A DNA stretch of 64,000 bases from an uncultured delta proteobacterium (GTDB lineage: Bacteria > Desulfobacterota > Desulfomonilia > Desulfomonilales > Desulfomonilaceae): positions 1,184,001 through 1,248,000 of the forward strand of contig CAWBKB010000001.1 in NCBI GenBank assembly GCA_963789265.1, read 5' to 3'. Below, one piece after another: positions 21,098 through 32,911 of this stretch (within the stretch, counting starts at the first letter, position 1; every line of letters begins with the position of its first letter). Below the pieces are notes generated by a model. The model did no database searches and was not told where the DNA came from. It saw only the letters and a list, made by a program, of their open reading frames with translations. Both the position numbers and the translations under genes were made by a program.

Positions 21098-22433
21098 TCA
21101 ATCGTTTGGATACTGGGCAAGGACCAACGTCCGCGGATTGACTCGTATGATTCTCGTGGCTCTTTTCGTTGTGATGGCATTACCTGCCTGAACCTGCTGG
21201 TTCGGGGAATTACTGTAATTGATCGTGTACACGATCGTTATCTCCACGTACCTCAGAGCGTAGGTAGTGGCAGCCTGCGGATTGGTAAGGTTGCAGAAAG
21301 TATCATCGGTGGGAGCCCATTTTTGGGACGATTGAGGGGTCAATGTGCTCGTTGGTATAAACAGGCCCTTGACTTGAAAATCTTGAACGCTGAAGAACGA
21401 ATCTTGAACTGTTGCGGTAGTATTTCCGCTTGTGCCCCCAAGGAATGACTGGCCGCTTTGCCCGCTTAGCCCGTTTCTCAGAATCTGCCCGGGTACTAAA
21501 ATCTTTCCTCCTGTAGAATCTGTTTGCGGAGGTTGGAAGCTGTAAACCACAGCCGGAGTGAAATAATAATTCCCGGCGGGGGCAGGTACTGCACGCGATA
21601 GGAGAACCCGTAAGGGTAAACTGCGTAACCCAGCCGCTCGGCGGGTTTGCCATAGTCTGACCTACAGTGGTTGGCGTGGCCGTGGGTGTAGTGACGCGCT
21701 GGGCACTGGGCCTTGCGGTCAAAGGAGTTGTAGGGTTGGTCAAATAAATGACCCCGCCTATATTATACTGGTTTGCCTGGGCTTCAGCCTGCGAGGGGGC
21801 CGGAATGCTGAATTTCTGTGAGATTATGTTTGACGAGGTTATAGGAGTGGCAGTGTACAAGTTGTACACAAGCGCAGGCCACATCGCGAAAGGCTTTGTG
21901 AGATTTTGCCCGACCCCGACAATGTCGCCTGTCGTGGGGACCGTGCTCTTCAGAAACTGGCCGTAGTTCACGTAGAGAGTATCGTAATAAGGCTTGTTTG
22001 CCTCGGGATAGGTTGTGTTTTCCGTGTCGAAATAATAGGCCATCTGCGGATAAGCCGATACACCGTAGCCCATCTGAATCACATCCCGCTGTATCTGCAT
22101 CAGGGCAAGTTCAACGCTGTGGCGGGTGGAAAGCTCCTTTGCACTCTGGCCTCCTCTCTTACTTTGAAAGAGATAGAAGCCGATCACGATGCTGAAGATG
22201 AGCGCGACTATGAACAGGGCCACCATCATCTCCACTATGGTAAACCCTCTTGAGTTATTTCGTAAGCGTTCGACGGTAACTCTGAGATCGGCATCCCGTA
22301 TCGCGGGACCATAGTAGGACCGGCATCTTGCCGGTTGATAGTGGTACCGGCGTCCCTGCCGGTTGAGCCTGATATCCAGTGGGCCGCTTTCTTGCTGAAC
22401 GGTTACGTTCTTTCTTTCCAAGTGCGCCTCCAT
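21098..22433 (-). CDS. pilW: Type IV minor pilin, PilW-like (extra C near 21580; MITE in the leader)
   Basis: RG|FTIVEMMVAL; IQRDVIQMGYG; ATG overlaps the pilV stop. Confidence 0.75.
22262..22406. mobile_element. MITE family 1 inserted in-frame in the pilW prepilin leader
   Basis: GTAAGCGTTC...GAACGGTTAC; flanks GTTATTTC/GTTCTTTC; 145+8=153 nt (51 codons). Confidence 0.85.
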
Positions 22434-23086
22434 CAAGGCTTCGCCGATGCCTGGTTGTTCCCCGGTACCAGGAAATTGGTCAGTTCGGTCCGAAATGGAC
22501 AATCCCACGGGTCCTGCCCCGAGCAAAGGCCGTGCCAGTCTCCTTGCGGATCCCGCCATCCTGATGACCATCCCACTGCCACGTAAATCTTCCATGTATT
22601 CCCGCCACAAGGCTTGATTATGCTATTGACTTCCTGAGAATCGCTAACGATCCATCTATAGAAAATGCCGGCATAATTCTGGCCGTCCGGTTGAGAGTTC
22701 GTACCATAGTACCCGATGCCTTCAACGCAACTGCCCACGCAATTGGGAGGGGACGTGTCCCTGGAGACCTCATTAAACGGCCAGTCCGGGCCCCAAAAAT
22801 CTGTGGTAAAGTTGGAAGCCAGGGGGTCCGGAACCAAAGTGAAATTGGTAGTGTTGTTAAGGTCCGAAACTTTTTTTATGGAATTTGCGGAGGACAGTGC
22901 GCCTTTTAATTGCTCAAATATTTCCTGAGCAACAACGTCCGCAGATTGCTGCTGAACTGAAACCGCGTTGTAATTCAGAGACACCTGGAGCAGCTTTGAA
23001 AGCGCAAATATGCCTACGGTGAGAATGAACAGAGCCACCATGGCTTCAACTAAGCTGAATCCTCTATTTCCTGGAGCTTCTCGCAT
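22433..23086 (-). CDS. pilV: Type IV minor pilin, PilV-like (alternative start 23146)
   Basis: NRG|FSLVEAMVALFILTVGIFAL. Confidence 0.78.
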   Translation of the reverse strand: MREAPGNRGFSLVEAMVALFILTVGIFALSKLLQVSLNYNAVSVQQQSADVVAQEIFEQLKGALSSANSIKKVSDLNNTTNFTLVPDPLASNFTTDFWGPDWPFNEVSRDTSPPNCVGSCVEGIGYYGTNSQPDGQNYAGIFYRWIVSDSQEVNSIIKPCGGNTWKIYVAVGWSSGWRDPQGDWHGLCSGQDPWDCPFRTELTNFLVPGNNQASAKP

Positions 23087-23151
23087 GTTGGACCGATCCT
23101 TGAAAAAGTATCCGTGACTATTGAGACGGATATGCCTTCGTTGCATTGCCT

Positions 23152-23237
23152 GTCATTGCGAGGAGTGTAGCGACGAAGCAATCTCTGTTTTGGGGCCGGT
23201 GAAGCCGATGAGATTGCTTCGCTGCGCTCGCAATGAC
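23152..23237. repeat. REP pair GTCATTGCGAG...CTCGCAATGAC
   Basis: Inverted repeat, same family as 10366 and 31538. Confidence 0.8.
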
Positions 23238-23325
23238 AATTCTTTCCTCAACTCCGCGTTCTCTGCTGACTCCGCGGTGAATATCGATTGCCCGGTCAAC
23301 CTTAATGATTTTTCTCCGTCTATCC

Positions 23326-24171
23326 TCACTGCGCAGCCCCTTGCAGGATTTTCCCCATATAAGTGAGGGTGAACTGGACCTTTCCTGCGTCTTTCGCCAT
23401 GCTGATTATCTTCAGCGTGTGGTTGGTGGGTTGCCCGTAGGTGTACGGAGGTACACTGGCCGACGTAAAGGACGACGACACCGGAACTCCCATCCAGTTG
23501 AACGGGACGAACACTGCCGGATTCGTCGAGTTGTACGGCGAAGCGTCAACCGCTGATCCGGTGGTCCAATCCTGGATGTCGAACTTTCCATCATTGTACT
23601 GATATTCGGAAATCTCCACCCAATATTGTTTCCAGGCGCAATTGTAGGGGGACTGGTTACAACTGGAATCTCCCAACGGACAAGGGTAGGTGGAAACGGT
23701 ACAAGTTGGTGCGGCTGACCCCCCGCCGACTCCGGGTTCATTCCCCGTTGGGTTATAATTTTCACCTGACACAGCCACGGATGAGGTATGAGCCAGAATG
23801 CAATAGTAAGTCGACCGGCCGTCGTTTACGATATCGCCGACATTGTATGATGTGTTCGGCTGCCAGAGCGGGTTTTGCTGGGCCAGGGCAGCGGACAACG
23901 CCGGTCTGATCAAAACCCATGTTGTGCTCTGAGACTGAATAGCTCTAACCTGGGCCAAGGAAATGGCATGGTTGAACTCGCGAACCGTATTGCTGAAAGC
24001 ATACTCGTCCTTGTAATCCATCAATCCCTTTGCCATGATGACTAATATTATCGCGACAACAGTGAGAACCACCATCAGCTCAACCATCGTAAACCCCCGG
24101 ACCGGCCAGGGGTCGGGGCGGGTTTCAAACCCGGCCCCTCTCTTTTTCCGGGATTGCCAGACCCTCGTCAT
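23326..24171 (-). CDS. FimT/FimU-like minor pilin with a CBM5/12-like insert
   Basis: GGAG RBS before ATG 24171; RG|FTMVELMVVL; ISLAQVRAI; WQPNTSYNVGDIV.DGRSTYYC..AHTS. Confidence 0.72.
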   Translation of the reverse strand: MTRVWQSRKKRGAGFETRPDPWPVRGFTMVELMVVLTVVAIILVIMAKGLMDYKDEYAFSNTVREFNHAISLAQVRAIQSQSTTWVLIRPALSAALAQQNPLWQPNTSYNVGDIVNDGRSTYYCILAHTSSVAVSGENYNPTGNEPGVGGGSAAPTCTVSTYPCPLGDSSCNQSPYNCAWKQYWVEISEYQYNDGKFDIQDWTTGSAVDASPYNSTNPAVFVPFNWMGVPVSSSFTSASVPPYTYGQPTNHTLKIISMAKDAGKVQFTLTYMGKILQGAAQ

Positions 24172-24190
24172 CCGTTTACTCCAATCCGAA

Positions 24191-24495
24191 GGTAGCGCAG
24201 GCGTCCCTGCCGGTGGTTCATGAACGACCGGCACGGAGGCCGGTCCTGGTGGGACAGGCTTCCAGCCTGTCGCTGATAGATGGGCAGTATGCTCATCCCC
24301 ACCGGAGGAATCCAGATTAAGAAAGGGCAATAAGTTCATGCGGATCTTTCCTTTGGAGGCCGCCTTCTTCTTAGACTGCGGTAGCGCCGGCGTCCCTGCC
24401 GGCGGTTCATGAATAACCGGCACGGAGGCCGGTCCTGGTGGGACAGGCTTCCAGCCTGTCGCTTAATGACGGGCAAGATGCCCGTCGCCACCAAA
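24191..24495. repeat. Tandem REP array (~84-bp unit x2 at 24191 and 24380)
   Basis: GGTAGCGC.GGCGTCCCTGCCGG...ACCGGCACGGAGGCCGGTCCTGGTGGGACAGGCTTCCAGCCTGTCGCT repeated. Confidence 0.8.
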
Positions 24496-24551
24496 TGGTC
24501 CTCCATATTCGGTAATTACCTTTGAGAACCGCCTATATTTCTCTCTCGCGA

Positions 24552-27500
24552 TCACTGCTGCGGCCCTGTTTCCCGCCACCCCTGAACCTGGAACGTCCCC
24601 GGGATGTTCACCTTTGTGACCGAGATGTTTCCCAAGCTCGTCTGAACCGCAACCTGGTTTCCGTTAAGGAGCACGGGCGAACTCGGTACTCCGCTCCCCA
24701 GATTCACCTTCTGCCCGTATAAGAGGGCGCCGTGAGTACCCGTTGTATTGAAGTTCTCCACAACCAGCGTTTGGTCTGCGATCGGGTAGAACCCGGCCGT
24801 AAACGGCTGACACATATAGTCGAGCACGTACAAGTATCCCGTCCCACCGGCCTGGCAAAGGTCGTTCTGATTGGCACCGGGATTGGCAGCCGTGGGGCTG
24901 AATGAGGTGAAAAATACCAGCCCTCCGGCAATCAGCGGTTTTCCAATGACCCTCTCACCGGGAGTTGTCAGATCGAAAATGCAATCCCAGCAGGCGGGGC
25001 CGTTCGGATCGCGGATGGACCCGGTGCATAAGGGGTTATTCGCGTCACAACAATCCGGCACGGCATTGCCGCTCGAATCCGTTGTTTGTTGCACCCAGGT
25101 GCACCCGGAATGCGAAACTGTTGCACCGGAATTAGGATCGATTGCCGTCCACGAGCACCCCGAATCCATCGAATAAGGGGTACTCGTAGAAGAAGCCGGG
25201 TTGGGGGTCGTACTATCCGTAGCTCCTATGCACCTGAACGTGGTGGCATCACAGTCCGGTTTTACATAGATGTTCAGATTCGAACCCGACACAGTGCCTT
25301 TAAGCACGGTTGACGCGGTCCAGTCGGTCGACACTCCTAGTTGGCTGAAGTCTATGGGGTCCCGCAGATTGTACAAAGACATCTGGGCCGTGTCCGTAGC
25401 ATCACTGTTGGTCCCGTTTATGTTCTCGTATTTCCCTCCGGCTATGAGCACGCGCATGGCATTCCCGTTATTTCGCTCCCAGCTTGCCGCAGGTTGAATT
25501 TGGAACGGCTGGCGGCCGGAACGATACCAGTCGGAAGCGTACTGTTGGGCTCCGGAAGTATTCCAGGGTATGGGTTTGGTCCTCCAGATATCCACGTATA
25601 TTCCGTCATTGGAACCGGAACCCAGGCTTACAAGGGGATCGAAGTTCAACTTTATTCCATAGAACACGCCGTTCATATCACCAATGTAGATGGAATCTAC
25701 GTATCCGTCTTCACCCTGTGTGGCGCCTACCCGGTTGGTGCCCTGATATGTGCCCAGATTCCACAAATCCAGGGCCAACGGATCGGACATGGCGTACGGG
25801 ACCTCGGCCTGGCAATTCTGACCGTTACTGTCGCAACCCCTGTCCTGCACCGGGAACAAAGTCTTACTGATATTGTATATGCTGGGCCATACGTATTTGA
25901 ACGCATTCATGCCCGTTTCAATGTCCAATGCCAGAAGAAACGTTCCGTTCAGGGAATGCTTGAATCCGTCAACATAGAACTGCGGCCAGGTCGTTGGAAA
26001 AATCTCGGGGATGAGAGTGGGGTCGTAAATGTGAGCGCCGCCTCCGACGAAGGCCAGATTCCGGACACCGCTCACATTAAGGTTGGCCGTGCTGCAATTG
26101 CTTGGCGCACAGATTTGGGTCTGTCCTGTTCCGAGGCCCAGAGGGCAATTAGACAACGTGAGGCCGCTGGGGAGCCCCACCCGGCCCACATAAGGCCTCG
26201 ACCACGAAACTGGTACGTTCTTCACCATGTTGTAAGCGTAATCGGTAGCACTGAACGGCTCCCACGGCGCAGTTAGCACAGCATCGCCACCGAGGACCGA
26301 CTTAAGCTCAGACTGGCAGCTCTGCACACACGCGGAGGTAAGGGTCGTGCCTACACACGCCGCGCAGCATCCGCTACACGAATTGCTTGGTGCCTGTTTG
26401 TTCCAATACGAGGGCGGAAATGTGGGGGCCACACATTTTGAGATGTCTCCGGGATTGGTGGCGTTACCCGTCTGGCAGGATGCCGCGAAGGATTTCGCTG
26501 CCGCGTTCAAATCGAACGTGACGACCATGTTCTTGAACACCGAGTATTCCCACTGAAGCTTGGGCGTATAGTTGCCCGAAGAATCCTTGTGTCGCGGGTC
26601 CGTGACATCCAGGCAGAAATACGTGTCCCCGCCCTCACGCTCGCCCCCCAGTATTACGGTGTGCCAGGGCCAAACGGAGGACGCGGCAGAGCTGTTGGCC
26701 GTGTACTCATTGTCAAAGAATACGGTCCATGCTGTGGGCGCCAGGTCCACCATGAAGCGGTGTTGGCAACCATTTGAGCTGGGACAGTCAGGACCTGTAG
26801 TGGCACCGTAACTCGAAGCAGCCAGGTACTGGAGTTGATCCAGAAGATTGGTCGGAATGTAAGCCCACTGTTCCCGACCGATTTGTGCTATCCGCAGAGC
26901 ATCTGCTGGACTGGTGCTGCTTTGCACATCGGTCGGTTTTATTGCCCACGTCTGGTTAACAGTGTCATAAACGGACACCAGAATCGCATGGACCATGCCG
27001 TCGTTTGCGCCCACATACACCATCTTGTCCCTATACCGAATTTGTGGGTCGGTGCTGCTGTGAGCCGGTGGCGCGGGATTGCAACTCCCGGAGTTGGAGC
27101 TGGTATTGTTGGGATCCAATTGACGCCAGTTCAGGAAGTACTTATTAAATCCTACCGATTCAGCAGCAGAGTTGCATTGAACCACCCCCACCTCTTTGCT
27201 TTGGACAAGTGCCTTGGTCTGAGACGGGACTGCGCCCAGAGAAGGAGGCCCGACTATCACGGGCGTGGAATAGACGACATCACCCAGTATCCAGTAGGAG
27301 CCTGCCCCCCCTTCCTGCCTCGATCTGTACCCGGATTGATCTAGTCCGAGGACCCAGTTCACGATTGCATCTCGCGTGGTCGTGTCCGGCACCCCAAGAA
27401 CAGTGGGGGAGATATTGTTAGTGTTGAATAACATGAGCTGAGGGTTCCCATTGGCGTCCAGCACAGGGTTCCCGTTTGAGTCCAGCTTCTCGGTATAGAC

Positions 27501-30003
27501 CAGTCTCGTCGTGGGGGCCGGAGGCTGCAACGGAGGTTGCATAGCCGAGTCCCAACAGTTTCCGGGGGGATGGCCGCTGATGATTTGCTCGCAGAGCGTG
27601 TCCCCGGGATAATTGAGGAAATCATAATTTCCGTTTCTTGTCCGGCCAATAAGATTCCAGATGGCCGAACCACAGAAAACGGCACGCATCGGCGGTATCC
27701 GTACTTGGGGCCCGGGCTTCGAATGCTCCCCGTATTATGAGGTCACCTTCAGCGCTTTGCTGCGCGACCGTCGCGACAGCACTGGACGCCGCAGTCTGCT
27801 GGGTGATATTGGTCAGTATGTTCTGCAATGCCTGCTCTATTAGCTCGCCGTTTGAAGCATTAAAAAAGTGGTCCGGTACGCCTTTGCAACCGGAAGTAAA
27901 GTTGCTGGTACAGACCGTAGTGCCGAGGTCCCATTCCTCACAGCACGGTTTGTTTGGGGACGATGAAGTTGGACACTGGGATATGCTGAAAGTTTTTGTA
28001 GCGCTGTTAAAGCTCGTGCCGGTCATAGGCCACGGATAATTCGAGGGCGTGCAGTTTGGTAATGCATTGAACCCCCCGAACATGGCCTCCCATTGCAACG
28101 AGTTGACCCCGTAGTTGTAATCCGGGTCACTTGTGCTGGCGAAGCAGAATATCGCGAATATGTTAGCGAAAATGGGGGTTCCCCCGGAACCGCTGACATC
28201 GGTCCTGAGGCCCTTGCCGTTATTGGCGCCCGCGTGTAGTGTCCACACATTCGGCACCGGATCTACAGTACTGCCCGAATTGTCGTACCAGTTGCCGTCC
28301 GTGAGGTGGATTACATACGTCTGCCGACAGGAAACAGCCTTCTGCACGCCGCCTACCACCGCGTAATATGGATCGTTCGGGGCGTGCTGGTAGTTCATGA
28401 GACCTGAGTTTATGCCATTCCCGTTCTGCTCCAGATAATTTATTACCTCCCCGAATGCCTCGCCGGTCGGAGTGCCGGAGTACGGCCAGGGCTGCTGGTA
28501 AAGGCTCCCGGGTGGATCGCCTTGGTCCTCTGGAGTTTCACCTTGGATGGTCCTGATAAATTGGTGCATGTCCGTGTACTGGCCGCAGTAAGCCAGGAGT
28601 TTCCCTTTATGGTCATCGGTGTCACCCTTATAGTACATGAATCCGAATCTACCCTGGGTCCAACTTTTTCTGACCACTCCTTGGTTATCAAGATCGGTGG
28701 GAGCGATCTTGATACGTACCCGCGGATAAGGAATGGACCCGATGCTGCTATTCGTCTGACCGGCGTTATTGCTTGATGCCGGGCTCAAGTTGACATTGGA
28801 GGTAATTTGATACGTACCGGTTGCCTCTTTGCTGTTCATATCGAAAGCGTAAACGTAATATGTCGTGCCGCCGGAGGCTCCGGGGAGCTGAAGCTGGGCC
28901 CTTGCGGGACTCCCGCTCACCGTTTTCAAGGTTGTTTGAGTGGGGTTGGAAGATGTTGACACTCGCAGTTGCACATTCGATGAGGGGGTCCATGTTCCGG
29001 TCAAGCTTATGTCTACGTTTGTGGTCTGGGTCAGGGTGAAGGTCCAAGCATCGTAGTAGTTATTGTTCGAAATGCCGGACTTGCCCTTGGTCAGTGCTCC
29101 CTTGTAAATTCCCCTTATACTTATGACAAGGTCTTTCTGGGAATAGGACGGGTCTGTTTGGGTGCCGGTCGCGCTGGAGTAGTCGTTCGGATAATCGACA
29201 TTCACCCCACCAGGCGCTGCCTGGGTCCATGTGGCAGGGCGGATGTAAAATCGCGCCCAGAGCTTGTTCGTCTCGTAAACGCTTCGCCTTGCCCCCTGTG
29301 CCGTCTTATAGCAACTGCCGCTGGCGTCGGTGCAATTCAGCTCATTGTTGTTGGAATCAAATCCGGTGGCATTTGTGTCGGTTGAATCATAAGTCTTCCC
29401 ACCGATAAGCGCTTGCAACGCGGCGTCAATCCTGCAGGTGACCGCCCAATTCAGCACCGCTCCGCTGAGGCCTGCTTGTACAGAACCAATGTTTGGCGTT
29501 GTTCCAGTCGGCGTTGTGGAACCAATTGGATAGAAATATCCGCCACCGGGAATACCGCATGGGTTGGTGGGGTCAGAGCCGTCGTCGTATTTGTAATACT
29601 GAGTATTGTCAAATAAGCCATAGTAGTACGGACTGTATGTGGTTTGGTTTGTAGGATCGTAGGCCGCGGCATTTACTGCGGACATCCCGCTCGTGCTGTC
29701 TGTAGAATCTTCGTCCAGGACCTGACTGGAGCCGTAGGTCCAGCAGCAGCCGCACGAGCATCGGCTGCAATTGCTGGTGCATGCAGTCATGGTGGCGGGG
29801 AGCCCGTAATAGGTCTGCTCCTGCATGCTTCCAGAAAAATCCATTAGGAGCAAGAGGTTTGGGTCGGTGGAAAAGGCAATCTGCGGCGGCACCTGGCATT
29901 GAGGAGTGTAAGTCTGGGAGAAAGCCCCTTGAGGGCAAAGAAGTACGAGCATCGCTGTCGCGAATACTGATAGCAAAACGGCCTTCCTGATTCTATCTGA
30001 CAT
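24552..30003 (-). CDS. pilY1: PilY1-like type IV pilus adhesin, ~1800 aa (one extra base near 27635)
   Basis: Signal peptide; vWA-like LLMDFSGSM; LGDVVYSTPVIVG, VYVGANDGMVHA, DGYVDSIYIGDMNG, GGLVFFTSFSP. Confidence 0.85.
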
Positions 30004-30457
30004 GGCCAACCCCTGTACCAGACTGAACATTGCCAACCCCCGTACCACCAGACTGAAGTGCAAAAATTACAACACTGTCGTTCTTGTAACAGACGATTAC
30101 GTTAGTCCCGGGTCCAAGTATACTGAACGGCACACTGGCGCCTGCTTCATTCAGCACCGAGACAGTCTTATTGGAAAGAGTTACCGTGAGACCCGGGGTG
30201 CCGAATTCTCCGGGGAACACAAGGCTTGAGGAGGTTACCGAAGCCAGTTGGGCCGGCCCGAAAATTGAATACCCCGCGGCAATGTAGTAACCAATTTGCG
30301 TCTGGACAGTGGTGGATGTCTGGACCGATTGCCCCAGCCCCGGGATCGCGCTGGATTGCGTGCCCGCAGCCCAGCACGGGAGCACCAGGGCAATCAACAG
30401 CCCCAGAACCGGCAGTGCCAGGCGGCACAAACTACGTGATGTTTTGAGTGTTCCCAA
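29993..30457 (-). CDS. Exported hypothetical protein, first gene of the pilY1 operon
   Basis: AGGAGG RBS then TTG at 30457; signal peptide; overlaps the pilY1 start. Confidence 0.65.
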   Translation of the reverse strand: MGTLKTSRSLCRLALPVLGLLIALVLPCWAAGTQSSAIPGLGQSVQTSTTVQTQIGYYIAAGYSIFGPAQLASVTSSSLVFPGEFGTPGLTVTLSNKTVSVLNEAGASVPFSILGPGTNVIVCYKNDSVVIFALQSGGTGVGNVQSGTGVGHVR

Positions 30458-31537
30458 GAAACAACCTCCTTGCTCACAGTAGGGTGTCCCGCGAAGCGCG
30501 GGACTGCCCGCCGATTTATAGTGGGGTGGGCATCCTGCCCGCCGATTGATCATCGTAATGGCCATTTCGCCGGCGATTCGTAACCCTGGACTCCGAACCG
30601 GGCTCCCGTCTTGCTTCCTGGTGGGACAGGCATCTTGCCTGTCACTTGATGACGGGCAAGATGCCCGTCCCACTGCAGGATGCCCATCCCCACTGAAAGA
30701 TGCCCGAATGAAAACTCTCAAAAACTCATGCGATGGGATAGGTGTAAGGGCGCCACGGACCGGCACCCGATTGCGAATCTGGACTTGCGAATCGAAGAAG
30801 GGCGAAATAGATGCACGACGTTGGAGTACAGCAACGACAGGTGATCTGTGATTGCCGGCAACGGATTGACATGCGCAATTGGAGCGAAAGTCAGATAATA
30901 GCTATGGAAAAGGGTCAGGAGGCAGGTGAAGTCCACCAGGAAGCTTGGCCTCCATGCCCAGAACAAACCAAAATCCAGCCCGAATAGCTCCGAATCTAAT
31001 CCGCCATCCGAGTACTGAGAAATTCCAATGACAAAATTTATAAACGACTCCATCGGTTGAGTCCTCAGTGATCCCATTTGCGAAAGTTGCCAATCAACGA
31101 CATCACCGTTGCTTCGCGCGTCCGGCTGCTTTCACGCGGAAACGCCCTTGGGCTCTGGGGTGGATCGCAGCAACAATTGTGCCAACGCCAAACTTAGAAG
31201 CTCTGAGACGATTCGAAGCGCTGGGCCTCATGTTACGCGGATACAATTCGGCCACCCTAATGTGACAAAATGCGACATCTTTTCGCGGTGGCAGACTTAT
31301 GAGCGTGATATCACACGACATAAAGCCGTCAACAAAGTGGACAGATTTTCAAAGACTATTAAATTATTTTATAGGGAAAACAGGAGTTGAAAAAATGAGG
31401 GGTGATATTATGAGCATAGCCGCGTCTCGGTCATCGAGGGACCCTTCGGCAAGATTTTCAGTGATCCATGCGGTTCCACGCTGTCGCGGTGTTCACCGCA
31501 TCTTACAGGAACTTACGCGAGGAATATTGTGTTCCTT

Positions 31538-31680
31538 GTCATTGCGAGGAGTGAATGGTGGGACAGGCTTCCAGCCTGTCTATTAGGGATGACGGGCAAG
31601 ATGCCCGTCCCACCGGCAATGTAAGCGACGTTTAAAGGAAAAGATTGCTTCGTCCCGCGAGACGCGGGACTCGCAATGAC
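31538..31680. repeat. Composite REP element
   Basis: Near-identical inverted copy of 46357..46497. Confidence 0.85.
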
Positions 31681-31802
31681 AATCTCTTCCCCCGCGCAAA
31701 CGAACGATTAGTCCCAAAACTTCTTTCCGATTGACACCTTGCCGGCCAGACACTAATCTTTGGCCGCGCCTCACTTAAGTGGATATGCGAGGAGGTCAGG
31801 CA

Positions 31803-32588
31803 ATGGCAGAATCGGTAAAGGCTAGTATATGCGGTGAAATCGCCGTGGTATCGTTCAATCGGCCAAAGGCTTTCAACGCTTTTGATCTGGACGCGATCGT
31901 GACCTTTGCGGAGCATCTCATCAACCTGTCAGGAGACGATACCGTGCGCGGGGTCGTCGTTACAGGAGAAGGAACGGCATTCTGTGCCGGGGGCGATCTG
32001 AAATGGGTTGCCGGCTGGCCGAATGGGTATGCTTCAGCATTTCACAACCTTGCGGCATACTACCATCAGGCGGTCCTGGAAATTCGCCGCATGCGAAAAC
32101 CGGTGATTGCCGCAATCAACGGAATCGCGGCCGGGGGAGGGTTCTCGTTGGCGCTCGCGTGCGATTTCCGTATCATGGCGAAGTCTGCGGTTATGAGGCA
32201 GGCATATACCTCCAACGGATTATCCATTGACGGCGGAGGGACTTTCACTCTCCCAAGACTCGTCGGGTTGGCCCGTGCCATGGAAATAGCGGCTTTCGAC
32301 AAACCCATCACTGCAAAGCAAGCTCTGAAGTGGGGCCTGATAACCAGAATCGTAGAAGACGGGGAAGCTCGGCAAGAAGCCATAAAGATGGCCGAAGACT
32401 TGGCCCGGGGCTCGTTGCAGTCTTTTGGGGCTTCCAAGCAGCTTCTAACAGATTCATTCAGCAATTCTTTGGAGACTCACCTCGAGTTGGAGAGGAGCGC
32501 GCTGCGATCGTGTGCGGCGCATCCCGGCGGGAAAGAAGGCCTGGCAGCGTTCGTGGAAAAGCGCAAGCCTGTATTCGGTCGGCTGTGA
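31803..32588 (+). CDS. Enoyl-CoA hydratase/isomerase (PaaG-like)
   Basis: NRPKAFNA, AFCAGGDL, KPVIAAINGIAAGGGFSLALACD, AFVEKRKP. Confidence 0.9.
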   Translation: MAESVKASICGEIAVVSFNRPKAFNAFDLDAIVTFAEHLINLSGDDTVRGVVVTGEGTAFCAGGDLKWVAGWPNGYASAFHNLAAYYHQAVLEIRRMRKPVIAAINGIAAGGGFSLALACDFRIMAKSAVMRQAYTSNGLSIDGGGTFTLPRLVGLARAMEIAAFDKPITAKQALKWGLITRIVEDGEARQEAIKMAEDLARGSLQSFGASKQLLTDSFSNSLETHLELERSALRSCAAHPGGKEGLAAFVEKRKPVFGRL

Positions 32589-32911
32589 GGGATCCCGGAG
32601 TTGTGGCAGTTTGGTGGGACAGACAAGATGTTGGGATCACAGTAGGGTGGGCATCTTGCCCGCCATTAAATGACAGGCAGGATGCCTGTCCCACCAGATC
32701 ATTAGTTGTCTACACGAGAATCCTTTAGGTAGTTGCGTAGGATGTGGTGAACCCCGCTGGGCGCGGGGGAACCGCATCTGTCAAGAAATGACAGCGAATC
32801 CACTATTCCGCGCGGCAAGGCAGTACCTTCTTCAGCGGCGACGGGCATCTTGCCCGTCATTAAATGACAGGCTATCCCGCGCCTCGCGGGGCCGTCCCAC
32901 CAATCGCGTCA

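Noticed and set aside
24172..24423. N-terminal extension of the 365-aa ORF
   Set aside because: It is translated REP array; a good RBS and ATG lie at 24171.
24191..24495. CRISPR array
   Set aside because: Only two long repeat units, matching dispersed REP families; no regular spacers and no cas genes.
27622..27689. Programmed or phase-variable frameshift in pilY1
   Set aside because: Only a 3-nt A run with no slippery site; it matches the window-wide +1 error pattern.
30458..30766. N-terminal ~100 aa of the 257-aa ORF
   Set aside because: REP-derived (GRASCP/RQDACPT peptides); AGGAGG plus TTG at 30457 marks the start.
30770..31500. Cyclic-dinucleotide (GEMM) riboswitch ahead of the pilus operon
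   Set aside because: No GGCAAAC...GAAA...GACGCAAA pattern on the coding strand.
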